Source of the DNA: Candidatus Adlerbacteria bacterium
Lineage (GTDB): Bacteria; Patescibacteriota; Minisyncoccia; Phycocordibacterales; SBAW01
Reading direction: 5' to 3'
Assembly (NCBI GenBank): GCA_029288895.1
Contig: JARIGK010000004.1
Location: forward strand, 175,866-239,865
Length of the DNA: 64,000 nt
Shown here in pieces: positions 37,860-47,203 of the stretch (position 1 is the stretch's first letter; every line of letters starts with the position of its first letter). The notes below the pieces were generated by a model that saw only the letters and a program-made list of their open reading frames with translations, had not been told where the DNA came from and searched no databases. Made by a program: the position numbers and the translations under genes.

Positions 37860-38486
37860 ATGGATAAAGGGCGTCTTGAAGCATTTAGTGACAGCGTATT
37901 TTCAATTGTCATTACGCTTTTCATTTTTAATATCCACGTACCGGAACTCCCGCCGCCTGTGACTGACGCGGCGCTCTGGTCGGCGCTCGGGGCAATGTTC
38001 CCTGTGTTTGCAATCTTCATTACTACCTTTGCCGTACTGTCTGTGTTTTGGATCAACCACCATTTTCTGTTCCACAGCATGGTAAAGACCGTCGATCGCA
38101 GGCTGAACTTGCTTAACCTCGTGTACCTTATGTTTGTGACATTCTTGCCCTTTAGCGCAAGCTTGTTGGGTACCTACCATGCGACGCGCCAACCGGCAGC
38201 TATCATCTACGGGCTCAATGTGCTCGCTATCGTACTTCTTTCGTCAATAATGCTTTCGTACGTGCGGCATCGCCCTGCCATCATGATGGATGATGTGTCG
38301 TCGCGTACGCTCACGCAGGCACGAGTGCGCGGAGGAGTATCGCTGTGCTTGTATGCGCTTGGGCTCGTGTGCACCTTCTTTTCTGCACCGCTAAGCGTCT
38401 TCTTCTACACTGTGCCGGTCGTATTCAACATTATTCCAGGTACGCTCAACCTCGTGGAGCGCATATTTGGATTTACTCTCGTATAA
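37860..38486 (+). CDS. DUF1211 / TMEM175-like putative K+ channel
   Basis: [19 protein letters not shown] signature in TM1, 6 TM; 3 nt after the previous gene. Confidence 0.65.
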   Translation: MDKGRLEAFSDSVFSIVITLFIFNIHVPELPPPVTDAALWSALGAMFPVFAIFITTFAVLSVFWINHHFLFHSMVKTVDRRLNLLNLVYLMFVTFLPFSASLLGTYHATRQPAAIIYGLNVLAIVLLSSIMLSYVRHRPAIMMDDVSSRTLTQARVRGGVSLCLYALGLVCTFFSAPLSVFFYTVPVVFNIIPGTLNLVERIFGFTLV

Positions 38487-38508
38487 CCTGGTTTGCTATA
38501 CTGACCAT

Positions 38509-38886
38509 ATGGATGAAAAAGAATTTAAAGACAAACTAACGCCCGAGCAGTACGAAGTCCTCCGCCAAAAGGGGACCGAGGCGCCGTTTAGCGGCAAGCT
38601 TTTGCACGAGAAACGCGACGGCATGTATGCGTGTGCCGCGTGCGGCAACCAGCTCTTTTCGTCAGATACTAAATTTGATTCTGGCACGGGTTGGCCATCG
38701 TTCGACCAGGCTATTCCAGGGTCCACCAAAATTATCGAAGACACCTCGCATGGTATGCACCGGGAAGAGGTGGTGTGCGCGCGTTGTGGCTCGCACTTGG
38801 GCCATGTCTTTAACGACGGCCCTACGGAAACAGGTAAGCGCTACTGCATCAATTCGGTCTGTTTGGACCTAGAGGCAAAGGAGTAG
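38509..38886 (+). CDS. msrB: Peptide-methionine (R)-S-oxide reductase
   Basis: CxxC...CxxC zinc site (CAACGNQLF...[16 protein letters not shown]) and the catalytic region. Confidence 0.85.
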   Translation: MDEKEFKDKLTPEQYEVLRQKGTEAPFSGKLLHEKRDGMYACAACGNQLFSSDTKFDSGTGWPSFDQAIPGSTKIIEDTSHGMHREEVVCARCGSHLGHVFNDGPTETGKRYCINSVCLDLEAKE

Positions 38887-38946
38887 CCAAGCCCGAGGAG
38901 GGCGGTATACTAAAGAGGTACTCACTAACTTTGTAGTTTTTTACCT

Positions 38947-39249
38947 ATGACTCTTGCAATACGTTGGATTATCGCGATTATTGTTTTGGCAGCCTTGGGC
39001 TGGCTTGTATGGTGGAGCGGTTGGCTCACGCCTAAAACGCCAGGCACGCCCATGGGCCAGGCTACAACTGCGTCTACGACTCCTACCACTCAACAGGACG
39101 CGCCTATTAATGGCATGAGCGCATCAAACGATGCCTCTGATGCTGCTGTGGCACAGGACACTGCAGCAATCGATGCGCAGATGAATGCATACACAACAGA
39201 TACCTCGGGCGTTGACTCGAGCATGAACGATAAAGCTATCAGCCAGTAA
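38947..39249 (+). CDS. Small membrane-anchored protein (shares a DTAAIDAQ motif with 39261 and 58796)
   Basis: TM helix plus Thr/Ala-rich tail. Confidence 0.45.
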   Translation: MTLAIRWIIAIIVLAALGWLVWWSGWLTPKTPGTPMGQATTASTTPTTQQDAPINGMSASNDASDAAVAQDTAAIDAQMNAYTTDTSGVDSSMNDKAISQ

Positions 39250-39260
39250 TCACATCCTGT

Positions 39261-40076
39261 ATGACTATCAAAAAGATTTCCTACATTCTCGCAGTGCTTG
39301 GGTTTGGAATGACATTGGCGCCGGCATTTGCAATGGCACAGACGGCAGGCGTTGGTGTCTCGGCTAACGCAACTGTTACAACGCCTGCAGCAAAGGTAGA
39401 AATGAGCGCAACTGCCATGACAAATGCGAAGGCGCGTGGCGATAAAGAACTCGACCGCCGCGTACAAGCACTCACCGATGCAAACATCCGCGTTCAGGCG
39501 ATGCAGAAGGTAACGCCAACCTTTAAAGACAACTTGGCAACGGCGCTCCAGACACAGATCACTGCATTTAATGCACTCAAGGCAAAGATCGATGCAGATA
39601 CTGATGCTGCAACATTGAAGGCAGATATACAGTCGATCACTCAGTCATACCGCGTATACGCGCTCGTGCTCCCGCAGGTACACATTGCAGCTGCGGCAGA
39701 CCGCGCAGTCGCTATCTCTTCGATGATGCAGACGCTTGGCACTAAGTTGGCAGCACGCATCCAGGCAGCAGGGCAGGCAGGTGCGGATGTCACTGCGCTC
39801 AATGCAACCTTGTCTGACTTGGGCACCAAGATCTCGGATGCAAATACGCAGGCACAGGCTGCTGTTACCGTAAGCGCAGCACTTGCCCCAGACAATGGCG
39901 ACAAAGACAAAATGGCATCAAATAATGCAGCACTTAAAACGGCACGCACTGATTTGACCACTGCAGGTGCTGACTTGAAGGCAGCTCGCAAAGACATCGA
40001 CACGCTCGTCAAAGGGCTGAAGAAGGTAGAAGCAAGTGCCTCGGCTACGAGCACTGCGTCGACTACCACGCACTAA
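39261..40076 (+). CDS. Secreted Ala-rich coiled-coil protein
   Basis: Signal peptide MTIKKISYILAVLGFGMTLAPAFAMA, heptad-like Ala/Thr/Gln/Asp/Lys-rich sequence. Confidence 0.5.
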   Translation: MTIKKISYILAVLGFGMTLAPAFAMAQTAGVGVSANATVTTPAAKVEMSATAMTNAKARGDKELDRRVQALTDANIRVQAMQKVTPTFKDNLATALQTQITAFNALKAKIDADTDAATLKADIQSITQSYRVYALVLPQVHIAAAADRAVAISSMMQTLGTKLAARIQAAGQAGADVTALNATLSDLGTKISDANTQAQAAVTVSAALAPDNGDKDKMASNNAALKTARTDLTTAGADLKAARKDIDTLVKGLKKVEASASATSTASTTTH

Positions 40077-40083
40077 CTACTCC

Positions 40084-40803
40084 ATGCCGCTTGTTATTGG
40101 CATCGCTGCAGCTCTCTCAACGCTTGTTGGGGGAGCTGTTGCGTTACGATTGCGCGACCGCTTGCACTTGATATTGGGGTTTAGCGCGGGGGCAGTTATT
40201 GCTGTTGCATTCTTTGACCTATTGCCTGAAGCGCTCACGTTGGGCGGCAGAGCGCACGAGCTTTCGACTGTCACGTCATTCGTGGCGCTTGGCTTCTTAC
40301 TCTACTTGTTGCTCGACCGGTTGCTTGTATTGCACAGCCACGGCCATGCGGACGATGCCGAGCATGATCATTCGCGCGGCCACGTGCGTGCAGGCTCACT
40401 TTCGCTCCACAGTTTTCTCGACGGTGTAGGTATTGGTTTGGCATTCCATGTGTCGCCCACGGTTGGCTTCCTTGTTGCGGCAGCGGTCTTGGCGCACGAT
40501 TTCTCGGACGGCATCAATACAGTTAATGTCTTGGTACGCCACGGCGGCACAAAAGCACAGGCAATGCGATGGCTTGTTGTCGACGCACTCGCGCCCATTG
40601 CGGGCATCATACTGACGATGTTTATAAATGTGGGCGAAGGTACGCTTGGCCTGCTTCTTGCGCTCTTCTCTGGCTTCTTCCTCTACATTGGCGCGTCGGA
40701 CTTGATTCCCGAAAGCCATCACGTACACCCAACCTTCTGGACTACCTTTATGACCCTCTTGGGCGCACTCGTTCTCTTTGTCGCAATCTCAATCGCAGGC
40801 TAA
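40084..40803 (+). CDS. ZIP-family metal transporter (ZupT-like)
   Basis: His-rich loop HSHGHADDAEHDHSRGH, HSFLDGVGIG and LAHDFSDG metal-binding TM motifs. Confidence 0.75.
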   Translation: MPLVIGIAAALSTLVGGAVALRLRDRLHLILGFSAGAVIAVAFFDLLPEALTLGGRAHELSTVTSFVALGFLLYLLLDRLLVLHSHGHADDAEHDHSRGHVRAGSLSLHSFLDGVGIGLAFHVSPTVGFLVAAAVLAHDFSDGINTVNVLVRHGGTKAQAMRWLVVDALAPIAGIILTMFINVGEGTLGLLLALFSGFFLYIGASDLIPESHHVHPTFWTTFMTLLGALVLFVAISIAG

Positions 40804-42290
40804 GCCTCGACCATAATAGGTTCGTCCAATTTCTTTTCGGGGACGCGGAGGAAGAGTGCTGCAAAGGCGCCTACGGCAAGAAGGGAAGCGGCGGTGATAA
40901 ATATCACGGCGTACGCGTCTATCTGCGCTTTTAATTCGATAAGTGTAATAAACTGTTGCGTCGCAGCTTTGGTGTGTACGTTGAGCAGGCTGTTTTGAGC
41001 GATCTTGAGCACGTTGTTGTTTGTGGTGCTCTGGAGCAATGTGCCAAAGAGCGCGATGCCGAATGCGCCCGCGATATTTCTGCCAAGCGCCAAGATAGAT
41101 GATGCGACGCCGATTTCTTCCTGCGGCACAATCGCAGCAATCGCGTTTGTGCGCTGCGCCATACCAAAGCCCAACCCAAAGGCCATTACGAACATGGGGA
41201 TCATAATGTCGATGGCCGTGGAACGTACATCAATAAATGAGAAAAGGTAGAGGCCAAACGCCGCAACAATCGTTGATGCAAAAATCACATAGCGCGGCTG
41301 CACGCGGCCTGTGAGTGCGCCGCCGATGGGCGCCGCAAACATCATTGCAAATGCCATCGGCATAAAAAGGTAGCCCGACTCCGTGGCATCGTATGCAAGG
41401 AATGTTTGTGCAAATACGGGGATAAGGAAGATGCTGCCCATAAGGCCCATAAAGACGAGGAAGTTGTTGCCAAGCGTGTTGATGAAGGTCCAGTTTTTAA
41501 AGAACTTCAAATCCACGATTGGCTCCGGATGTCGTTGTTCGATATATACAAAGATGGTTGTGGCAACAACAACGGTGATATAGCAGAGGATGCTGTTAAG
41601 CGAGAGCCAGCCCCAGTCGGTACCTTGGTCGAGCACAAAGACGAGGCTCGATAGCGCAATGCCCAATACCGACGCGCCCCACCAGTCGAAGCCTTTTGGC
41701 TTCTTTTCGTTTTTTGATTCCTCGATATAGATGATTGCCAAAATCATGCCGATGACGCCCACCGGGATGTTGATGAGGAAGACCGAGCGCCAGCCAAAGC
41801 TGTCGATAAGCGGGCCGCCTACAAGCGGGCCAAACACTGCTGCAGCGGCAAACGACGACGACCAAATGCCGAGTGCCTGCGCGCGCTCTTTACCCTCGCG
41901 GAAGGTAAACGCGATGATTGCCATGGCGGTGGGGTAGTCGGCGGAACCTGCAATTGCTTGGATGACGCGGAAGACAATCATGGAACCCAAGTTCCACGAA
42001 AGGCCTGCGAGCGCCGAGCCCACGATAAACATCGCAAAGCCTGTGAGATAGACGCGTTTGCGCCCTATGGTGTCGCCGAGCTTGCCCCAAATCGGCACAA
42101 AGACTGCGTTAGCCAAGATATAGGCAGTTGCGATCCAGCCTGCGGCCGAGACCGTGATCGAAAAGTCATTGATAATTTTGGGCAGCGCCAAGTTAACGAT
42201 GGTCTGGTCGAGCCGACCAAGAAACGTACCCATTATCACCGTCAGCAATATCATCCAACGGTACGGATTTTGCGTCGTACCTTCTGGCAT
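40800..42290 (-). CDS. MFS transporter, DHA2 (EmrB/QacA) family, 14 TM
   Basis: 496 aa; motif A-like GRLDQTIVNLALPKI, G-x-LGDTIGRKR. Confidence 0.85.
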   Translation of the reverse strand: MPEGTTQNPYRWMILLTVIMGTFLGRLDQTIVNLALPKIINDFSITVSAAGWIATAYILANAVFVPIWGKLGDTIGRKRVYLTGFAMFIVGSALAGLSWNLGSMIVFRVIQAIAGSADYPTAMAIIAFTFREGKERAQALGIWSSSFAAAAVFGPLVGGPLIDSFGWRSVFLINIPVGVIGMILAIIYIEESKNEKKPKGFDWWGASVLGIALSSLVFVLDQGTDWGWLSLNSILCYITVVVATTIFVYIEQRHPEPIVDLKFFKNWTFINTLGNNFLVFMGLMGSIFLIPVFAQTFLAYDATESGYLFMPMAFAMMFAAPIGGALTGRVQPRYVIFASTIVAAFGLYLFSFIDVRSTAIDIMIPMFVMAFGLGFGMAQRTNAIAAIVPQEEIGVASSILALGRNIAGAFGIALFGTLLQSTTNNNVLKIAQNSLLNVHTKAATQQFITLIELKAQIDAYAVIFITAASLLAVGAFAALFLRVPEKKLDEPIMVEA

Positions 42291-42293
42291 AGA

Positions 42294-42941
42294 TTAGTTT
42301 TTGTAGACCCAGATCTTTGCGGACATACCGTTTTTGAGTTCGGGATGTGCCGCGGTGTCGAAGCGAACTTTGACGTCGAAGTCTTGTTCTTGGCGTTTGT
42401 CGGAGATGTTAAAGACAACATCGCCCGACTCTGCGCTTGGGGCGACCTCGTCAACAATGCCGGTATATTTTTGCCCGCCGAATGCATCGACAGTAAACTC
42501 TGCGCGTTGGCCAGCATGGATATCGACGAGGCCTTTGTCTTCTGCAATTTGGCCTACGACGCGCAACTGTGTCGGGTCGATTACTGCGACGACTGTTTCG
42601 TTTTGGCCAATTGATTTGCCGATGTTGTTATTGGTGGTGATCACAAGCCCGCCGTTTTGCGATTTGATAAGTTCGGTGCCGACCTGTGCTACTACAGTGT
42701 TTGGCGCAATAGTGTCGCCTTCGTGCACATAGACTGCTTTTAATATGCCGCTTGCGCCAGGGCCCAAGTCGACAACAGGCGCTTCGATCTGCGATTTGTC
42801 GATGTAGACAGTCTTCGATGCCGCGGCAAGGTATGCAGCGCCTGCGATGCCGCCGCCTATGACGATGACAAGGAACGCGGCAAGGACAAGCACGCGGCGA
42901 TCAAGACCTTTCTTTTCTTCTGTTGGTTGTGTAGGTGCCAT
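42294..42941 (-). CDS. HlyD/EmrA-like membrane fusion protein, short form
   Basis: N-terminal TM, biotinyl-lipoyl-like hairpin (ILKAVYVHEGDTIAPNTVVAQV) and beta-barrel C-terminus; 215 aa; 3 nt upstream of the MFS gene. Confidence 0.7.
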   Translation of the reverse strand: MAPTQPTEEKKGLDRRVLVLAAFLVIVIGGGIAGAAYLAAASKTVYIDKSQIEAPVVDLGPGASGILKAVYVHEGDTIAPNTVVAQVGTELIKSQNGGLVITTNNNIGKSIGQNETVVAVIDPTQLRVVGQIAEDKGLVDIHAGQRAEFTVDAFGGQKYTGIVDEVAPSAESGDVVFNISDKRQEQDFDVKVRFDTAAHPELKNGMSAKIWVYKN

Positions 42942-42946
42942 AAAAA

Positions 42947-44521
42947 TTATTTTGAATTCACGAGATACTGGTCGCCCGCAGAAAGACCCGAGGTAACTTC
43001 AATGTTGGTATCGTCAGCGATGCCTGTTTGGATTTGTTTCTCGATTGGGGTTTTGCCGCCCGGCACGAGCACGAATGTGTTTGCGCCATTTTGCAATACT
43101 GCGCTTTTCTGTATCACCACAACGTTCTGTTTCTGTGCAGCTAAGATCGTCGCATTCGCACCCATGCCTGTTGAGATGCTTTCGTCATTGTTTGTAAACT
43201 GGAGTACGACTTTGTACCCAGACATGCCGCTCTCTGTCGTAGGGGAGCGGTCGATAGACGCAACCGTTGCGGGGAAGATCTTGCCGCTGCCGTAGGCATC
43301 GAGCGTCACCTGCGCGCTGTCTCCCGTCTGTAACTTTGCAACATCAACTTCGCTCACGTAGAGCTTCACCTGCAAGGCGCTTTGTGGTGTAAGCGACACG
43401 GCAACGGTATTTGGTGCGACTGTTTGGCCCGCCTTTACATTGACGCTGGCGACAGTGCCGGAAAACGGCGCGACGATAATATTATTTGCAATTTGTGCTT
43501 CTATACTTGCGACCTGCGCCTTTGCTGCATCAACTTGCGCTGTCTGTGCTGCGATGTCTTGGCTCGTTGCGCCAGCTTGGATCTTGTTGAGTGCATCTTG
43601 TGCCGACTGCACTGCCAATTTGCCCGATGCAATTTGCTGCTGCGCGCCTTGCAGAGAAAGTATGAGTGAACTTGCGGTGCTGTTGAGTGTGCTGACTGAC
43701 GTTTGTGCTGTTGCAATCTGTGCGGCAGTGAAATTGCTTGACGGTACGGCATTTGCAAGTGCTTGGAGAAGCGTGCTCGTGTATGTGCGCACGTTTGTCA
43801 GTTGTACGATAGAGGCAGAGAGCGCTGCATCAATTGTGTGGGCGTCAGATGCGGTGTTGAGCGAATCTATCGTCGAACTCCAGGATGGAAGCTGCACATT
43901 CAAGGTGGTGCGAGCATTCGAAGCATCCACCGCAGCCTGGCTGTTTGATGTTTGGAAGGTAACGGTAGGCTGCGGCATCGTTGGTTGGTTAAAGAGTGCG
44001 TCTGTATTTTGGCGCACGCCATTGTAGGTTTTGTTGTATGCGTCTGTCAGCGTTGCGGGGATGTTGGCGTATACATTGGCAAGCGACTGCTGTGCTTGTG
44101 CGACTGCAGTTTGGCCTGATTGGACATCGGTGGCGCGGGCGCCTGCGTTTAAGGAGTCGAGCTTTGCCTGTGCTGCTTCGACATTAGCCTCTGCCATTGC
44201 TTCTTGCGCATGCAAACTTGCGGTGTCGAGTGCTGCGAGTACCTGGCCTTGGTACACCTGTGCACCAACGGATGCATGGACTGAAACGACACGGCCGCCG
44301 CCTACAAATGCGAGATTAGGGTTTTGTGAAGGTTCGACAGTGCCTGAGCCCGTGACAGTTTCGTTAATTGAACCCATCTCAACCGTAGCAACAGACGACT
44401 GGGGTGAGCGAGTTGAGACGAAGTAATACACACCGCTACCCAAGGCGATGACAACAACCGCTCCAAGCGCACTCATAACAAGCGGGTGGGCGAGAACTTC
44501 TTTTTCAAAAAATGATTTCAT
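42947..44521 (-). CDS. HlyD-family periplasmic adaptor, long coiled-coil form
   Basis: 524 aa; N-terminal TM, lipoyl-like (GTVEPSQNPNLAFVGGGRVVSVHASVGAQVYQGQVLAAL), ~300-aa Ala/Gln-rich coiled coil, C-terminal barrel. Confidence 0.7.
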   Translation of the reverse strand: MKSFFEKEVLAHPLVMSALGAVVVIALGSGVYYFVSTRSPQSSVATVEMGSINETVTGSGTVEPSQNPNLAFVGGGRVVSVHASVGAQVYQGQVLAALDTASLHAQEAMAEANVEAAQAKLDSLNAGARATDVQSGQTAVAQAQQSLANVYANIPATLTDAYNKTYNGVRQNTDALFNQPTMPQPTVTFQTSNSQAAVDASNARTTLNVQLPSWSSTIDSLNTASDAHTIDAALSASIVQLTNVRTYTSTLLQALANAVPSSNFTAAQIATAQTSVSTLNSTASSLILSLQGAQQQIASGKLAVQSAQDALNKIQAGATSQDIAAQTAQVDAAKAQVASIEAQIANNIIVAPFSGTVASVNVKAGQTVAPNTVAVSLTPQSALQVKLYVSEVDVAKLQTGDSAQVTLDAYGSGKIFPATVASIDRSPTTESGMSGYKVVLQFTNNDESISTGMGANATILAAQKQNVVVIQKSAVLQNGANTFVLVPGGKTPIEKQIQTGIADDTNIEVTSGLSAGDQYLVNSK

Positions 44522-44543
44522 ACGTTGTTTGTAAAATATTGCG

Positions 44544-44957
44544 CTAATTGGTTTCTAATATCTTTTTCAATATTCGCTGCATATCGCTATGGTCTTTATC
44601 CGAGAGGCTCTGTAGCATACCGTGGAGGATTTTCTTGCGCTTATTCATAATTGTTGCAAGCTCCGTCGTCGCCTTCTTCGTTACTTTGATATGTACTTGC
44701 CTGCGGTCGTCCTTATTTGTCTCACGCACAAGATAGCCTCCGTCTACAAGTTGGTTTACCAGCGCCGTGGCCGATGGCGCGCGGATGTGGAGGTGTATGG
44801 CTACAGCGCTCATAAGAGGGGAGCCTTGTTCTTGGACAAAGCGCAGCACTTCAGCCTGGGTAAATGACACGCCATCTTCGACGGCGACCAGTTTCTTTTT
44901 CATTTTTCGTCCAGCGTCCAGAAACAGCTCGACGGTTGTTTCGCTTTTGTTCGACAT
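44544..44957 (-). CDS. MarR-family transcriptional regulator
   Basis: wHTH QAEVLRFVQEQGSPLMSAVAIHLHIRAPSATALVNQLVDGGYLVRETNKDDRR. Confidence 0.8.
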   Translation of the reverse strand: MSNKSETTVELFLDAGRKMKKKLVAVEDGVSFTQAEVLRFVQEQGSPLMSAVAIHLHIRAPSATALVNQLVDGGYLVRETNKDDRRQVHIKVTKKATTELATIMNKRKKILHGMLQSLSDKDHSDMQRILKKILETN

Positions 44958-44970
44958 GCAAATAGTTAGA

Positions 44971-44985
44971 TATACTAAGTATATA
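44971..44985. promoter_or_regulatory. Palindrome ATATACTaAGTATAT immediately upstream of the marR start; candidate MarR operator
   Basis: Perfect 7-bp arms 13 bp upstream of the marR start codon. Confidence 0.3.
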
Positions 44986-45159
44986 GGGATAGAGATGGAG
45001 TGTCAATGAAGCCTTCGTATACTGGTCTCGTGCCAGGGCCTTGTAATTTCTAAATAAAGTGGTAGTCTGGCTGCCAGATTCGCCCGCCTGTGTGGCGGGT
45101 TCATCGGGAACTCATCCCATTCAAGCCAGTATTAGTATCTAATTAACCCTTTATTTAAT

Positions 45160-46074
45160 ATGACATTCCGCCCACTCGTAGTTTCATTGATTGCCGCTGC
45201 TGCGGTAGCTATGCCGTTTGTTGCGTCAGCACAGACTGCGCCGTATTCGCAACTTATGATTACAACCCACGTGGCGCCTGGCACGCCAGCTCCCCAGGTG
45301 GCGCCGATTGTCACCATCCAGGCGACTATCCCGCAAATTTCGAATGTTGCGAATACAAGCTCGTCGCAGGCAAGCTATCCTGCAAACTTTAACGGCGAAG
45401 TGCGCACGGTAAACTTTGTTCCGGGCAGCTACGCTGTGTGGGCCTCTGGCGCTCCGGGGTACTACTTTACGTACTCGCAGGATTGCTCGGGCTTTACTCC
45501 TGCAAATGGCGGCAATGGTATCCGCGGCTGCACTATTACACTTTCCAACACGCCGCCTCCGCCTGCGTACAATTGCATTACCTGGTTTGGTAGCAATTCG
45601 TGCATGGCGCCCGTTGTCCCGTACTCGGGGCCTCTTGGCCAATCGCAGCTTACCTGCGCACCGACCTACCAGACTATTTCTGCAGGCCGCCCGGCAACCT
45701 TTACTGCTGAGGGTGGTAACCAGGGTGGGTACAACTGGACCACGACCGACCGCACCTCGCTTAACGTCGGCACGTCGTTTACAACCGTGCTCCAGACCAC
45801 GGGCGTACAAACTGTCATCGTTTCCAATGGCGTACAAAATGCGACCTGCACCGTAAACGTTGTCGCGGGTGCAGCAGGCACAGCTATTACTTACGCTGGC
45901 TCGCAGACTGGCGCACCATCTGTTACCTCAAACTACATCCCAGCATACTTGCCGAACACAGGCTTTGGCCCGCTTGATAGCGCATCGCTCGCATTTGCGC
46001 TCGTCCTCCTCTTGGCTGTTGGTTTCGTCACTGCCCCATATGTCAGAAAAGCCCTTACTGCTGCCCTCGGCTAA
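45160..46074 (+). CDS. Cell-surface protein with a C-terminal LPNTG sorting signal
   Basis: Signal peptide, Thr/Pro-rich region, C-terminus YLPNTGFGPL + hydrophobic stretch + RK tail; sortase gene starts 2 nt downstream. Confidence 0.65.
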   Translation: MTFRPLVVSLIAAAAVAMPFVASAQTAPYSQLMITTHVAPGTPAPQVAPIVTIQATIPQISNVANTSSSQASYPANFNGEVRTVNFVPGSYAVWASGAPGYYFTYSQDCSGFTPANGGNGIRGCTITLSNTPPPPAYNCITWFGSNSCMAPVVPYSGPLGQSQLTCAPTYQTISAGRPATFTAEGGNQGGYNWTTTDRTSLNVGTSFTTVLQTTGVQTVIVSNGVQNATCTVNVVAGAAGTAITYAGSQTGAPSVTSNYIPAYLPNTGFGPLDSASLAFALVLLLAVGFVTAPYVRKALTAALG

Positions 46075-46075
46075 G

Positions 46076-46747
46076 ATGGCAACGCTTGTTCGTGAGTCGG
46101 AAGTCCGCGCATGGGCACGGATGGTTCTTATCGCTGTCGGGTTTGCTGTCATTGCGCTTGGTGTGTTTGCCGCACTGAACAAACTCTCGTCGTATGTCAG
46201 CGTTGATGCAACGCAAACAGCATTTGCGCCGCTTGGTACGCTCACGACAAAAAATATAAATATCGCGGCACTGCCCGCATATGTCTCGACGACGACGCCC
46301 ATTACGCCGGTGCGTTTGAAGATCCCGTCGATTGGCGTGGATGCGCACGTAGAGCGTGTTGGCAAAAAAGCCGATGGCTCGATGGCAACTCCAACGTCCT
46401 TTGAAGATGCTGGCTGGTACGAATTGGGTGCGCACCCAGGGCAGGCGGGCAACGCAGTCATTGCGGGCCACGTCAACAATGCGCTCACCAAGGCAGGAGT
46501 ATTTGAACATTTGAACGCCGTAAAAGTAGGCGACTATGTGACTGTTACAGACGCTTCGGGAAAGACGCTTGTGTACGTTGTTTCAGAAACGCATCAGTAC
46601 GCAACAAACGAAGCACCTACAGCATCTATCTTTGCGGTTACGGGCCCATCACAGCTCGTGCTCATCACTTGCGACGGGGCCTGGGATGACGCATCGCACT
46701 CCTACGACAAGCGCCTTGTCGTCTTTGCCCGCCTCACGTCTAAATAA
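46076..46747 (+). CDS. Sortase-family transpeptidase
   Basis: N-terminal TM, catalytic His (NAVIAGH), TLxTC (LVLITCDG), conserved Arg (FARL). Confidence 0.75.
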   Translation: MATLVRESEVRAWARMVLIAVGFAVIALGVFAALNKLSSYVSVDATQTAFAPLGTLTTKNINIAALPAYVSTTTPITPVRLKIPSIGVDAHVERVGKKADGSMATPTSFEDAGWYELGAHPGQAGNAVIAGHVNNALTKAGVFEHLNAVKVGDYVTVTDASGKTLVYVVSETHQYATNEAPTASIFAVTGPSQLVLITCDGAWDDASHSYDKRLVVFARLTSK

Positions 46748-46891
46748 GTTCTCTACCTCATCTTTATTGCAATTTCATCTAAGGTATGGTCTACTAGAGG
46801 CGTTCGAGTAAGTTTCTCCATGTGCCAAGTTTAGGCGTCAGGAGGGTCGCCTTACGAAGGACAGTATTAATCCAATTGTTTTTCGCACACT

Positions 46892-47140
46892 ATGGCACGC
46901 AAATTGTTCATCGGTGGCCTTCCTTACCGCACTACGGGGGATGAGCTCCGTGACGCGTTCGCACAGGCAGGTGAAGTCGTTTCGGCTTCTATCGTCACCG
47001 ATCGCGAAACCGGCCGCTCACGCGGTTTCGGCTTCGTCGAAATGGCAGATGATGCTGCAGACAACGCTATCGCTATGTGGAACGGCAAGGACTTCGGTGG
47101 TCGTATGCTCACCGTTTCCGATGCACGTCCTAAGGCGTAA
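46892..47140 (+). CDS. RRM-domain RNA-binding protein
   Basis: RNP-2 KLFIGGL and RNP-1 RGFGFVEM; 82 aa; long AT-rich 5' leader. Confidence 0.8.
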   Translation: MARKLFIGGLPYRTTGDELRDAFAQAGEVVSASIVTDRETGRSRGFGFVEMADDAADNAIAMWNGKDFGGRMLTVSDARPKA

Positions 47141-47164
47141 GCTTCTCTAAGCTAGTCTTCAAAA

Positions 47165-47200
47165 CGCCTCGAGGCTTCGGCCCCGGGGTGTTTTGTTTTT
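47165..47200 (+). terminator. GC-rich palindromic region + T-run (terminator)
   Basis: GCCTCGAGGC...CCCCGGGG followed by TGTTTTGTTTTT. Confidence 0.45.
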
Positions 47201-47203
47201 GGT

